DNA of 64,000 bases from an uncultured Acidimicrobiia bacterium (GTDB lineage: Bacteria > Acidobacteriota > Terriglobia > Versatilivoradales > Versatilivoraceae). The stretch is taken from positions 19,407-83,406 of the forward strand of contig CAWBTP010000002.1 of NCBI GenBank assembly GCA_963791795.1. Direction: 5' to 3'. The notes under the pieces are model-generated. The model had not been told where the DNA came from, did no database searches, and saw nothing but the letters and a program-made list of their open reading frames with translations. Of the stretch, positions 10,706 to 21,056 are shown one piece after another (the first letter of the stretch is position 1; every line of letters begins with the position of its first letter). A program made the position numbers and the translations under genes.

Positions 10706-12487
10706 ATGAGACTGCTGCTCTCCTACCTGAAGCAATATTGGAAACTGGTTGTATTGGCGCTCTTCCTGGCCGCCATTAACCAGATCTTCTCCCTTCTGGA
10801 TCCATTCATCTTCCGCCACGTAATCGACGAGTATGCCACTCGTTATCAGGAATACACGACGGCCGAATTCTTCAAAGGCGTCAGTTTATTGTTGGCTGCC
10901 GCGATCGGTGTGGCTTTCGTGTCACGCGTCGCGAAAAATTTCCAGGACTACTTCATCAACGTCATTGTCCAGCGAATGGGCGCCCAGATATACAGCGACG
11001 GTTTGCGGCACTCCCTCGAACTTCCCTATAGCGTCTTCGAGGATCAGCGCAGCGGCGAAACTCTAGGAAAGCTCCAGAAGGTGCGCACTGACGTCGAGAA
11101 GCTGACGGTTGCTGCCATCAATATCGTCTTCACCTCGCTGGTCGGGGTGCTCTGGGTGATGGGATACGCTCTGAGTGTCCACTGGGTGATAGCGCTGGTC
11201 TACTTCATGACGGTCCCGGTGCTGGGCCTGTTGAGCTCCGTGTTGAGCCGCAAGATCAAGCAGATCCAAAAGGTCATAGTCTCTGAAACTACAGCTTTGG
11301 CCGGCGCCACGACGGAGTCGTTGCGAAACATAGAACTGGTGAAGAGTCTTGGGCTCGCGCAACAAGAAATTGAACGGCTGAACAAGACCACGGGAAAGAT
11401 TCTGGAATTGGAACTGAAAAAGGTTCGCTATCTGCGAAGCCTCAGCTTTGTTCAGGGCACCTCGGTTAACTTCCTGCGAAACAGCATTCTGTTCCTGATG
11501 CTTTATTTCATTTTTGCGCGGGAGATCACCGTGGGGCAGTTTTTCGCTTTATGGATCTACTCGTTTTTCATTTTTGGGCCCCTGCAGGAATTGGGCAGTG
11601 TCATCAACACCTATCGCGAGGCTGAAGTCTCGTTGAACAATTTCGAAGAGATTCTCAAGACACCGAAGGAACCCAAACCGGCTGACCCTTTGCCGCTGGC
11701 CGAGATTCGCTGCCTTGAGTTTTCCGAGGTGCACTTTCAGCATCGGTCGGCGGCGACGCGGGCTCTTCAGGGAATATCCTTCAATGTCGAGCGCGGCGAA
11801 ACCATTGCGTTTGTCGGGCCCTCGGGCTCCGGCAAAACCACGCTCGTGAAGTTGCTCGTCGGACTGTACACTCCGCAGGAAGGCGAGATCCTTTACGATG
11901 GCATTCCCATGACTCAAGTCGATCTCGACCGCCTGCGCGAGCGTATCGGTTTCGTCACGCAGGACACTCAACTGTTTTCCGGGTCCATTCGCGAGAACTT
12001 GCTGTTTGTGAATCCGAAAGCATCGGATGCAGATTGCCTGGATGTTTTGCAGAAGGCGGCCTGCCAGAGTCTCTTGGACCGCGCCGACAGAGGTCTCGAT
12101 ACAGTCATTGGCGAGGGAGGCGTGAAGGTTTCAGGCGGGGAGAAGCAACGGCTGTCGATCGCGCGAGCTTTGCTGCGACACCCCAGCCTGCTGGTATTCG
12201 ACGAGGCAACCTCTTCGCTCGATTCCCTGACCGAGGAGGAGATCAGTGAGACCGTTCGTGAAATCTCCATGCGCGGCGACCTGATTACAATCCTGATCGC
12301 TCACCGCTTGTCCACAGTGCTGCACGCCGATCGTATCTTTGTCCTTGAAAAGGGTCAGATCGTTGAATCGGGCCGGCATGAGGAGTTGCTCGACCTTAAA
12401 GGCCTCTATTACGCAATGTGGCGCCAACAAATCGGTGAACGGGAGACTGCTGCGGCTGTCCCCGTCCCACAGAGGGCCCCAGCCTGA
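10706..12487 (+). CDS. ABC exporter, fused permease and ATPase
   Basis: N-terminal TM domain, Walker A GPSGSGKT, signature VSGGEKQR, DEATS, AHRLST. Confidence 0.93.
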   Translation: MRLLLSYLKQYWKLVVLALFLAAINQIFSLLDPFIFRHVIDEYATRYQEYTTAEFFKGVSLLLAAAIGVAFVSRVAKNFQDYFINVIVQRMGAQIYSDGLRHSLELPYSVFEDQRSGETLGKLQKVRTDVEKLTVAAINIVFTSLVGVLWVMGYALSVHWVIALVYFMTVPVLGLLSSVLSRKIKQIQKVIVSETTALAGATTESLRNIELVKSLGLAQQEIERLNKTTGKILELELKKVRYLRSLSFVQGTSVNFLRNSILFLMLYFIFAREITVGQFFALWIYSFFIFGPLQELGSVINTYREAEVSLNNFEEILKTPKEPKPADPLPLAEIRCLEFSEVHFQHRSAATRALQGISFNVERGETIAFVGPSGSGKTTLVKLLVGLYTPQEGEILYDGIPMTQVDLDRLRERIGFVTQDTQLFSGSIRENLLFVNPKASDADCLDVLQKAACQSLLDRADRGLDTVIGEGGVKVSGGEKQRLSIARALLRHPSLLVFDEATSSLDSLTEEEISETVREISMRGDLITILIAHRLSTVLHADRIFVLEKGQIVESGRHEELLDLKGLYYAMWRQQIGERETAAAVPVPQRAPA

Positions 12488-12638
12488 GCCGCCGCTTAGG
12501 TGAAGCTCCGACCGCTGATGCGGTCGGTGTCTCAACGGAGGTCAGGATGCCGCGTGCCACGGCTTACGCCAGTGGTTGGATTTGGCTCCAATGTGTCACA
12601 TTCTTAAGTGCGTTTGTATTGGTGTGAAAGCGAGGCCA

Positions 12639-13532
12639 ATGAAAAGCCGTCCTATTCTGATTGTTCTTGCGTGTGCCCTGTTGATTCCCCAGACGCTGCA
12701 AGCCTGGGGTCTCGACGTTCACCGCCTGGTCACAGGCGGTGCCATCGGAATACTTCCTGCGACAGTTCGGGCTTTCTATGAGAAGCACCGGAATTTCATT
12801 GTCGAGCATTCCGTCGATCCAGATCTGTGGCGGAATGTCGGATTTACGGAAGAGCCGCCTCGCCACTATCTGGATCTGGATTCCTACGGAGCTTATCCAT
12901 TCCGGGAATTGCCACGCGACCGTCAGGCGGCCATTGAGAAATTTGGGCGCGAAAAGGTCGAACAGGAGGGCCAGTTACCTTGGCGAGTCGATGAGGTATA
13001 TGGAAAGCTGGTGCAAGCTTTCCAGCAACAGAAAGCAGGCAGCCATCCTTATTCGCTGGATGACATCAAATTCTTCTCCGCAGTCATCTCCCATTACGTC
13101 GGTGACGCGCATGTGCCGTTCCACGCCGCCAAGAACTATGACGGGCAACTGACGAACCAGCATGGCATTCATTCGCGCTTCGAAACCGAGGCCGTTCTTC
13201 GCTACCAGGCGCGGCTGGCGATTCAACCAGCACCTCCCGCTCCCGTGTCAAACGCCATCGACTTCGTCTTCGATGCGTTGCTGAAAAGCTTTACTCATGT
13301 TGACCCTATTCTCAAGGCCGACCGCGAGGCCGTGCACGGTCGCGAAGAATACGACGACCGGTATTTCGACCAGTTCTTCGGGCAAGTTCGTCCTATTCTC
13401 GAGCGCCGTCTGAACGACTCGATGACAGCTGTCGCATCGATGATCGTCAGCGCCTGGGAAAAAGGCGGCAGGCCCGATCTCCCTCTCGGAGTCAAGCGCG
13501 TGCCCAAGAAAGTGAAACGCGACCGGCCTTGA
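12639..13532 (+). CDS. Secreted S1/P1 nuclease / zinc phospholipase C-like protein
   Basis: Signal peptide then WGxxxH, HYLD, HYVGDAHVPFH, HSRFE zinc ligands. Confidence 0.82.
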   Translation: MKSRPILIVLACALLIPQTLQAWGLDVHRLVTGGAIGILPATVRAFYEKHRNFIVEHSVDPDLWRNVGFTEEPPRHYLDLDSYGAYPFRELPRDRQAAIEKFGREKVEQEGQLPWRVDEVYGKLVQAFQQQKAGSHPYSLDDIKFFSAVISHYVGDAHVPFHAAKNYDGQLTNQHGIHSRFETEAVLRYQARLAIQPAPPAPVSNAIDFVFDALLKSFTHVDPILKADREAVHGREEYDDRYFDQFFGQVRPILERRLNDSMTAVASMIVSAWEKGGRPDLPLGVKRVPKKVKRDRP

Positions 13533-13805
13533 GGATTCTCGCTTGCAGATCCGCTTGCCAGATTGTTGAGAACGTCGAGATCCTCGTTGAGAAACCACCT
13601 ACTGAATCACTGTTTCTCTCTCATCCATTTATCTCGAGAACAAGAAGCACAAGTCCAGTCTGCCCAACTACGTTCAGAGTGACAGTCGTTTGGGTGCAAT
13701 CTACCCCAGTCAGGACAGACGGCTGACTCTGACTTGTCTGCGGAAGATTTGCACAGAGTCTTCCACACATCTGCCGGTCATTTGATCTGTGGGAATTGCG
13801 GCACT

Positions 13806-15092
13806 CTAGGCTTCAACCTGAAATTTCTTGAGCCGCTCGACCACGGACTGGGGAGCTTCCACTTCAATCAATACCTGGTCGTCGACGAATGACCGCTCGA
13901 TGAGCCGGCTGCAGCAGTACAGCTTGGAAAGCAGATTCCCATCCGTTTGCTTGAAAAGAAACCTGGCTCTGGTGAGAGGATCGCCGGAAAGAAGTTCGTC
14001 AATTCTGTGCAGCAGCTTGTCGAGGCCCAGGTTCTGAATTGCGGAAATGCTCAAAGAGTTGCCCTTGGAGAAACGGCCTGCTGCGGAGTTGGACAGATCA
14101 ATCTTGTTGTATACCTCAAGCGTAGGTTTTGATGACACCTCCAGCTCCTCCAGAATGCGCAGAACGGCCTCGCGTTGCTGCTCGCAGTGCGGACTGGACA
14201 CGTCGATGATATGCAACAGCAAGTCAGCCTGGGCCACTTCTTCAAGCGTGGCACGAAAGGCCGAGACCAGAGTGGTCGGCAGCTTGTGGATGAAGCCGAC
14301 CGTGTCTGAGAGGATCACTTCGCGATTTGATGGAAGCTTGATGCGGCGCAGCAACGGGTCGAGGGTCGCGAACAGCTGATTGGAGGCTAAGGCTCCCGCG
14401 CTGGTCAGAGCGTTGAACAGTGTTGATTTGCCCGCGTTGGTGTAGCCCACCAGTGAAACCGTTGGAACGGGAATCGAATGGCGATGGGCCCGGTGCAGAC
14501 CACGATGGGAACGAACGCGTTCCAGATCTTCCTTGATCTTGTGAATGCGCTTGTGGATTTTGCGTTGATCGCTTTCCAGCTTCGTCTCGCCGGGACCCCT
14601 GGTGCCGATGCCGCCGCCCAACCTTGAGAGCTCCACACCGCGTCCTGCGAGGCGGGGCAGCATATAATTGAGCTGCGCCAGCTCGACCTGAAGCTTTCCT
14701 TCGCGAGTGCGCGCACGACTCGCAAAAATGTCAAGGATCAGTTGCGTACGGTCGATGACCCTGCAACCGATCTTTCGCTCAATGTTCCGTTGCTGGGCCG
14801 GTGACAGGTTCTCATCGAAGATCACTACATCCGCCTGGAGCTCCCGGGAAACTTCCTCCAACTCGTTCAGCTTTCCAGAACCAATCAAGAAAGCAGAATC
14901 GTATTGCTCACGCTCCTGAGCGAGCCGCTCCACGACGGAACCACCTGCAGAGGCAGTTAACGAGGCCAGTTCGTCCAGTGATTCTTCGAGGCTGAGGGGG
15001 GCCAGTGTCGTACAAGTTTTGGAGGGGGTCTTGAGGGCACAGCCGACGAGTACTACTCTTTCACGGCGGGAGCTGGCAACATCCATAGTCAA
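13806..15092 (-). CDS. hflX: Ribosome-splitting GTPase HflX
   Basis: [36 protein letters not shown]; directly downstream of hfq. Confidence 0.96.
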   Translation of the reverse strand: MTMDVASSRRERVVLVGCALKTPSKTCTTLAPLSLEESLDELASLTASAGGSVVERLAQEREQYDSAFLIGSGKLNELEEVSRELQADVVIFDENLSPAQQRNIERKIGCRVIDRTQLILDIFASRARTREGKLQVELAQLNYMLPRLAGRGVELSRLGGGIGTRGPGETKLESDQRKIHKRIHKIKEDLERVRSHRGLHRAHRHSIPVPTVSLVGYTNAGKSTLFNALTSAGALASNQLFATLDPLLRRIKLPSNREVILSDTVGFIHKLPTTLVSAFRATLEEVAQADLLLHIIDVSSPHCEQQREAVLRILEELEVSSKPTLEVYNKIDLSNSAAGRFSKGNSLSISAIQNLGLDKLLHRIDELLSGDPLTRARFLFKQTDGNLLSKLYCCSRLIERSFVDDQVLIEVEAPQSVVERLKKFQVEA

Positions 15093-15349
15093 CCGGCGGT
15101 CTCTACCGAGGCACTGACAGGAGCATTGGCAGCGGCGCTGAAGGAGCGTCCGGCAGCGACGGTGGAGATCGCGTGCTTGAAGATTAGCTGATCCTGGTTG
15201 TTGGATTCGAGAATCACAGAGTACTTGTCGAAGCTCTTAATGCGACCTGTCAGTTTCACTCCGCTCATCAAGTAAATCGTGGTCACCGTTTTGTCCCGGC
15301 GGGCGTTGTTGAGAAAGACATCCTGAATATTCTGCACCGGTTTTTCCAT
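15089..15349 (-). CDS. hfq: RNA chaperone Hfq
   Basis: QNIQDVFLN...[15 protein letters not shown]...LIFKHAIST. Confidence 0.97.
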   Translation of the reverse strand: MEKPVQNIQDVFLNNARRDKTVTTIYLMSGVKLTGRIKSFDKYSVILESNNQDQLIFKHAISTVAAGRSFSAAANAPVSASVETAG

Positions 15350-15399
15350 GGTGTTATCTCCAAAGGTTCAACGGTCGACGCTCGAAGCGGACGATTTCT

Positions 15400-15429
15400 A
15401 TTGTAATCGTGTCCACTCACGATTCGCAA
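15400..15429 (-). promoter_or_regulatory. Putative sigma70 promoter of hfq-hflX
   Basis: Minus strand TTGCGA-18 nt-TACAAT about 50 nt upstream of the hfq start. Confidence 0.45.
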
Positions 15430-15506
15430 AGCGAAAGTTTGCCAGCGGAGCGAAGGAGTAGAACCGTTATGGATGATGCGTCCGCGAGACGACGAGATGC
15501 TCTAAG

Positions 15507-15914
15507 CTAGGTATGCTCTTGCCAGTCGATCGAAGCAGCATTCCTGCGGGCGCTGTAGGCGAGAAAGGCAGAGGTAGAGAGGCTGAAGAAGGCGAAGATC
15601 AGCACGTAAAGGGGGCGATCCGCCCAATCGCTGCGTGGGAGGCCGGCGAGTTGCACGGTCAACGCGAGCAGAAACAGAAGCAGGAAACACCAGCCGACGG
15701 AGAGTCCGTTCACGGTGTGCCGGCCCGTCGAGTAGCCAGCCACGGTGGCGAGAAAGCAAACGAACACCGCGATCAACAGGCACTCCTGGCGCACTTGAGA
15801 AGAGACGGGAAGCACCGTCTGCCACTTTTCCAGCAGGGGAATCAGAACGGTTAGAAAGCTTGTGCCGGCCTTGCAAAGCTCATAGTAAGGGCGGATGGCT
15901 TTAGGCAGCAGCAT
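15507..15914 (-). CDS. Small hypothetical membrane protein (3-4 TM)
   Basis: Several hydrophobic stretches; starts immediately after the cytochrome c stop. Confidence 0.55.
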   Translation of the reverse strand: MLLPKAIRPYYELCKAGTSFLTVLIPLLEKWQTVLPVSSQVRQECLLIAVFVCFLATVAGYSTGRHTVNGLSVGWCFLLLFLLALTVQLAGLPRSDWADRPLYVLIFAFFSLSTSAFLAYSARRNAASIDWQEHT

Positions 15915-15919
15915 GCTGG

Positions 15920-16519
15920 TTACCCATGACATTGCTTACAGGCCGTTTCACGAGTCATCTTCAGATGGAACTTCTCTGTGGATCCGTGGGGATTGTGGCA
16001 GAGCACACACTCGGCCAGGACTTCATCGTTGTGGGCATGAGTTCCTGCAAACGACTTTTGCTCGTGGCACGTGAAGCATGTTTCGGAAACAGTAGTCCTC
16101 TTGAAATCCCCTGCTTTTTCTCCCGCGTGACAGTTCTGACATTCTGCCTGAGGAGGATGCGCCCTGTAAGCCTTCCACTCTGGCGGGACCACGGTGTTCG
16201 CAGAGGTTTTGACAATGAATTGAATTCTCTGACGGGTGCCACCGTTCTTCCAAATCAGCTCGTGCCTTCCAGCTGGGATTCGAAGAGAAAGAGCTTGCCG
16301 CATCGCCTGTGTCTGTCGTTCTTTCAGAGATTTACCGTCCAACCAGAGCTCGCCGGGTCGAGCGATTACTTGTACTTCTTCGGTCTCAAGAACAGCTTGG
16401 TCAGTCGGACGTAAAATACCGGCCGTTTCGGGGGTCTGAGCACTCGTGAGGGTGATCGCCTCAGTGAAAACAACGAACAGAAGGACAACACGCCATCTTG
16501 CTGTACCGCGCTTGATCAT
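15920..16519 (-). CDS. Exported tetraheme c-type cytochrome (cytochrome c3-like)
   Basis: Signal peptide and four CxxCH motifs: CQNCH, CFTCH, CVLCH(NPH), CKQCH. Confidence 0.85.
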   Translation of the reverse strand: MIKRGTARWRVVLLFVVFTEAITLTSAQTPETAGILRPTDQAVLETEEVQVIARPGELWLDGKSLKERQTQAMRQALSLRIPAGRHELIWKNGGTRQRIQFIVKTSANTVVPPEWKAYRAHPPQAECQNCHAGEKAGDFKRTTVSETCFTCHEQKSFAGTHAHNDEVLAECVLCHNPHGSTEKFHLKMTRETACKQCHG

Positions 16520-16582
16520 CGTTCTCGAGCAAGAAGATCTGCCTCGGTCTAACAATGACTTCGGCTTCTGGTTGCTGATTCT

Positions 16583-17821
16583 TTAGGTACCCTTGCCCAC
16601 CACCAGCTTCAGAAAACGCCGCTTGCCAACCTTCAAAATGAAAGTGCCGGGTTGGGCGAGGTCAAGTTCCGCTTTGACATTCGAAATCTTCTGGTCATTC
16701 AGGCTGACCGCTTCCTGCTCGATGAGCCGGTTTGCCTCCGCGACCGAACTGGCGAGGCCGAGTTGAGCGATCAGCTTCGCAAGACGCACTCTTTCGGGGC
16801 GCGCTTTCATTCGTTTTTCTTCGATGTTATCGGGCACCAGCCCTTGCTGAAACACCCGATTGAACTCCTCTTCAGCGCGATTCGCTTCTTCAGTGGAGTG
16901 GAAATCACGAATGATTAACTTGGCGAGCTCCGTCTTCGCTTGCTTCGGATGCTGCCTCCCGTGTGAAATGTCATCCCGCAACGCATCAATCTTGGAAACG
17001 GACCAGTCAGTACAAAGTTCGTAGTAGCGAAACATCAGAGTGTCAGGAATCGACATTACCTTCCCAAACATCTCCTTCGGAGCTTCTTTTATGCCGATGA
17101 AGTTGTTCAGCGACTTGGACATCTTCTGAACGCTATCCAGGCCTTCAAGAATCGGCATCGTCAAGACAATCTGAGGCTCCTGCCCGTACTCCTTCTGCAG
17201 CTCCCTTCCCACCAGCAGATTGAACTTTTGATCGGTGCCACCCATCTCGACATCAGCTTCAAGAGCCACCGAATCGTAACCTTGCACAAGCGGGTAAAGC
17301 ATTTCGTGCATCGATATCGGTTGGTTATTCTTGAGACGATTCGCAAACTCGTCCCGTTCCAGCATCCGTGCCACCGTGTAGCGGGAAGCAAGTCGGACGA
17401 AGTCTTCGCTACTCATGGCAGACATCCAGCGACTGTTAAAATCGAGAACGGTCTTGTCAGGATCCAGAATCTTGAACACCTGCTGCTTGTAGGTTTCGGC
17501 ATTCGCCAGCACTTCGTCTTTGTTGAGCTGCCTGCGCGTGACATTGCGTCCGCTGGGGTCGCCGATCAGGCCCGTGAAATCACCGATCAAAAAAATCACC
17601 GTGTGGCCGAGATCTTGAAAGTGCTTCAGCTTTCGGATCAAAACCGTGTGGCCCAGATGCAGGTCGGGTGCCGTCGGATCAAAACCTGCCTTCACCCTTA
17701 GCGGTTTACCCGTCTTAGCGGCTCTCGCGAGCTTCGACTTTAGTTCTTCCTCGCGAATGATCTCGACAGCACCCTTCTTGAGGTACTCAAACTGCTCTTC
17801 GATTGTCAGCGTGGAAGACAT
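16583..17821 (-). CDS. tyrS: Tyrosine--tRNA ligase
   Basis: [27 protein letters not shown]-terminal S4 domain (KVGKRRF). Confidence 0.97.
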   Translation of the reverse strand: MSSTLTIEEQFEYLKKGAVEIIREEELKSKLARAAKTGKPLRVKAGFDPTAPDLHLGHTVLIRKLKHFQDLGHTVIFLIGDFTGLIGDPSGRNVTRRQLNKDEVLANAETYKQQVFKILDPDKTVLDFNSRWMSAMSSEDFVRLASRYTVARMLERDEFANRLKNNQPISMHEMLYPLVQGYDSVALEADVEMGGTDQKFNLLVGRELQKEYGQEPQIVLTMPILEGLDSVQKMSKSLNNFIGIKEAPKEMFGKVMSIPDTLMFRYYELCTDWSVSKIDALRDDISHGRQHPKQAKTELAKLIIRDFHSTEEANRAEEEFNRVFQQGLVPDNIEEKRMKARPERVRLAKLIAQLGLASSVAEANRLIEQEAVSLNDQKISNVKAELDLAQPGTFILKVGKRRFLKLVVGKGT

Positions 17822-17830
17822 CGGGTTGGC

Positions 17831-18436
17831 TTACCGGGAGGCGTGAAGGGCACGCCGACCATCGATTCGGATTTGCCCGTCAAGCACGTGCTGGATTGCC
17901 TTGGAATAGATCTGGTGTTCCTGTTCAAGAATCCTGGCGGAGAGGGAGTCCTCGGTGTCTTCATCCAGGACAGGCACCACAGCCTGCAAGATAATCGGTC
18001 CCGAGTCGAGGCCCTCATCCACGAAATGCACCGTGCAACCCGAAACCTTCACACCATACTCCAGCGCTTGGCGCTGAGCATCGAGTCCCGGGAAGGCGGG
18101 CAACAGTGAAGGATGGATGTTGAGAATACGATTGCGAAAGGCCTGGATGAATGCCGGGCTCAAAAGACGCATGAAGCCGGCCAGACAAACGAGATCGACC
18201 CGCTTCTCCTCTAAAACCCGGATTACTTGACGATCGAACGCTTCCCGGCTCAAGCCTTTTGAGTTCACCCAAAGAGCATCAAAGCCGCGTTCGTGCGCTC
18301 GTTGCAGGCCCGGTGCCGATTCCACGTTACTGACAACGACAGCGACCTCGGCCCTCAGGCTGCCCTCGTCGATGTGCCGGGCGATGGCTTCAAAGTTCGA
18401 ACCTCGACCAGAAAGCAGGATGCCAATCCGTTTCAT
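17831..18436 (-). CDS. purN: Phosphoribosylglycinamide formyltransferase
   Basis: SGRGSNF, LAGFMR, NIHPSLLP, HFVDEGLDSGPII. Confidence 0.97.
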   Translation of the reverse strand: MKRIGILLSGRGSNFEAIARHIDEGSLRAEVAVVVSNVESAPGLQRAHERGFDALWVNSKGLSREAFDRQVIRVLEEKRVDLVCLAGFMRLLSPAFIQAFRNRILNIHPSLLPAFPGLDAQRQALEYGVKVSGCTVHFVDEGLDSGPIILQAVVPVLDEDTEDSLSARILEQEHQIYSKAIQHVLDGQIRIDGRRALHASR

Positions 18437-19473
18437 GGTTCGTAAATCACTCGCCGCTTGCCGGATCGAATTTCACCGATGACATAGACTGGCTGCTTTC
18501 GACTCTTGAAGTAAGCCTGAATCTTTGTCACGCGACGTGAAGAAACGATGACAGCCATGCCAATGCCCATGTTAAACGTGCGCAGCATTTCCAGTTCGTC
18601 AATTCGGCCCATTTTCTGAAGAATGCCGAAGATCGGCTGACCGGGCCAACTTCCTACACGGACAATGGCAGCGCAGCCCACAGGCAGGATGCGCGGAATG
18701 TTCTCGGTGAGGCCGCCACCAGTGATGTGGGCCATTCCTTTGATCCATTTTCGATCCACGAGCGGCTTTAGAACCGGCAAGTAGTTGAGGTGCGGAGCCA
18801 GCAGAGTCTCGCCGATCGGCTTCTTGAGGCCGGGAAGCCGCGTTTCCGTGTTATATCCGGATCTTTCCAGCAGCAGCTTCCGAGCCAGTGAATAACCGTT
18901 TGTGTGCAAACCAGCCGAGGGCAGTCCCAACACGACGTCACCTGCCCGAATGCTGCTGCCATTGACAATCCTGCTCTTATCGACAACACCGACAACAAAC
19001 CCAGCGAGATCGTATTCCCCTACTTTGTAGAAGCCCGGCATTTCGGCGGTCTCACCGCCCAGAAGGGCACATCCAGACTCACGACAACCTACAGCAACGC
19101 CTTCGACAACTTTGGCGATGATCTCAGGAACCATCCTGCCAGTAGCGATGTAGTCCATGAAAAACAGCGGCGTGGCACCTTGAACCAGGATGTCGTTGAC
19201 GCAGTGAGAAACCAGATCGCGGCCTACGGTATGGTGAATGCCCGTGACAAACGCGACCTTGAGTTTGGTTCCCACTCCGTCCACGCTGGAAACCAGCACC
19301 GGACTGGATGGTCTGCCTCGCCTGAGAGAAAACAACCCTCCAAATCCGCCGATTTCTGTGAGTACGCCCGGAGTGAAGGTGCGTCGCGCGAGCGCTTTGA
19401 TCCTCTTCTTGGCGAGATTAGCCTGATCGATGTCTACGCCAGCGTCGCGATAGCTGGAAACAAGTTGGGGCAT
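18433..19473 (-). CDS. purM: AIR synthase (phosphoribosylformylglycinamidine cyclo-ligase)
   Basis: YRDAGVDI, DGVGTK, GGETAEMP, HITGGG, TFNMGIG. Confidence 0.97.
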   Translation of the reverse strand: MPQLVSSYRDAGVDIDQANLAKKRIKALARRTFTPGVLTEIGGFGGLFSLRRGRPSSPVLVSSVDGVGTKLKVAFVTGIHHTVGRDLVSHCVNDILVQGATPLFFMDYIATGRMVPEIIAKVVEGVAVGCRESGCALLGGETAEMPGFYKVGEYDLAGFVVGVVDKSRIVNGSSIRAGDVVLGLPSAGLHTNGYSLARKLLLERSGYNTETRLPGLKKPIGETLLAPHLNYLPVLKPLVDRKWIKGMAHITGGGLTENIPRILPVGCAAIVRVGSWPGQPIFGILQKMGRIDELEMLRTFNMGIGMAVIVSSRRVTKIQAYFKSRKQPVYVIGEIRSGKRRVIYEP

Positions 19474-19516
19474 GTTGGGCTGTCAGTGCTTCGAGAGTGA
19501 GGTCTCCAGAAAAGAT

Positions 19517-19540
19517 GGGGCGTGGTGTCCTCACCACGCC
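19517..19540. repeat. REP-like hairpin inside the pur operon
   Basis: ggcgtggtg-tcct-caccacgcc perfect 9-bp stem. Confidence 0.5.
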
Positions 19541-19606
19541 GGTCTGCACATGATATTGGGGCTTGACGACTGGTTGTGTGAGGCCAGCCCTCTCGCCCCG
19601 TAGACC

Positions 19607-21013
19607 TTAACGGGGCACTGGATCGCCAATCTGCACCAAGGCACTGGCAGGAAATTCAACGGGATAGTTTCCGGTGTAGCAGGCGGTGCAAAAGTGAGGC
19701 TGCTTATCCGAATCGCCGCAAGCGCGCAACATCCCCTCGTGACTGAGGTAGCCCAGCGAGTCTGCTTCGATGTACTTGCAGGTTTCCTCAACGGAGTGGC
19801 TGGCGGCGATCAGTTCCCGCTTGTTGGGAGTGTCCACTCCGTAATAGCAGGGCGAGATCGTCGGAGGACAACTGATGCGCATATGGACCTCGGTAGCACC
19901 AGCCGCCCGTACCATCTTGACGATCTTCCGGCTGGTCGTTCCACGAACGATCGAATCGTCCACGAGCACTACGCGTTTGCCGCGCAAGAGATCTTCGACC
20001 GGATTCAGTTTGATCCTGACGCCAAAGTGCCGGATGGCTTGTTTGGGCTCGATAAAAGTGCGGCCCACATAGTGGTTGCGAATCAGGCCGAACTCGAACT
20101 GGAGACTACTCTCCCGCGAGAACCCGAGAGCGGCGGCGACGCCAGAATCGGGGATGGGCACCACGATGTCAGCTCCAACAGGCTGTTCTTGCGCCAGGAA
20201 CTTTCCCAGCAGGTAACGGCTCTGATACACCGAGCGGCCAAAGATCCGGCTGTCGGGCCGTGAGAAATAGACATGTTCAAAAATGCAGAACGATGGGGGT
20301 GCAGCCGGAAGCATCTTGCGTGATTCAACACCACTTTCCGAGAAGATCAGCATCTCCCCCGGTTCCACTTCGCGCTCAAACTCCGCATCGATGAGATCAA
20401 ACGCGCAAGTTTCCGAGCCCACCACGGGCGAACCATCCAGCCATCCAAAGCAAAGGGGTCGGAACCCGCGTGGATCGCGTACCACGATCATCTTCTCTTC
20501 AGTCAGGATAATCAGAGAGTAGGCGCCCGTTACCTGCAGCAGGGCTTCCTGGACGGCTTCCTCAATCGTGGGCTTGTGCGACCGGGCGATGAGGTGAAGA
20601 ATGACCTCGCTGTCGCTCGTTGACCAGAAAATTGAACCCTCTGCCTCAAGCATGCTGCGAATCTCGTCGGCATTCACGAGGTTTCCGTTGTGACAGAGCG
20701 CCAGATCGCCTTTGCTGCACTTCACCTGAATCGGTTGGGCGTTCTTTACCGAGCTGTCGCCCGCTGTTGAATAGCGGGTGTGGCCGATGGCCACGTCGCC
20801 TTTCAATTCTTCAAGATTGGCCTCGGTGAAAATGTCAGCCACATGCCCCATGCCCTTGCAAGTATGGAGTTCATGACGGTCTGAGGAGACAATGCCCGCG
20901 CTCTCCTGCCCCCGATGCTGCAGAGCATAGAGCCCTAGATAGGTGATTCTCGCGGCATCGGCATGTTTGTATACCCCGAAGATGCCACATTCCTCATGAA
21001 ATTTGTCGTCCAT
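19607..21013 (-). CDS. purF: Amidophosphoribosyltransferase
   Basis: EECGIFG propeptide and catalytic Cys, LQHRGQE, GHTRYST, VDDSIVRGTT. Confidence 0.97.
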   Translation of the reverse strand: MDDKFHEECGIFGVYKHADAARITYLGLYALQHRGQESAGIVSSDRHELHTCKGMGHVADIFTEANLEELKGDVAIGHTRYSTAGDSSVKNAQPIQVKCSKGDLALCHNGNLVNADEIRSMLEAEGSIFWSTSDSEVILHLIARSHKPTIEEAVQEALLQVTGAYSLIILTEEKMIVVRDPRGFRPLCFGWLDGSPVVGSETCAFDLIDAEFEREVEPGEMLIFSESGVESRKMLPAAPPSFCIFEHVYFSRPDSRIFGRSVYQSRYLLGKFLAQEQPVGADIVVPIPDSGVAAALGFSRESSLQFEFGLIRNHYVGRTFIEPKQAIRHFGVRIKLNPVEDLLRGKRVVLVDDSIVRGTTSRKIVKMVRAAGATEVHMRISCPPTISPCYYGVDTPNKRELIAASHSVEETCKYIEADSLGYLSHEGMLRACGDSDKQPHFCTACYTGNYPVEFPASALVQIGDPVPR

Positions 21014-21056
21014 AGGTGTTCCAGGATATCTCGCATTGAGCGCCAGCAAAAGCTAG

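Noticed and set aside
13533-13805. Possible ncRNA or small ORF (13529-13726) between the nuclease gene and hflX
   Set aside because: Only weak, imperfect inverted repeats and no recognisable family or coding signal.
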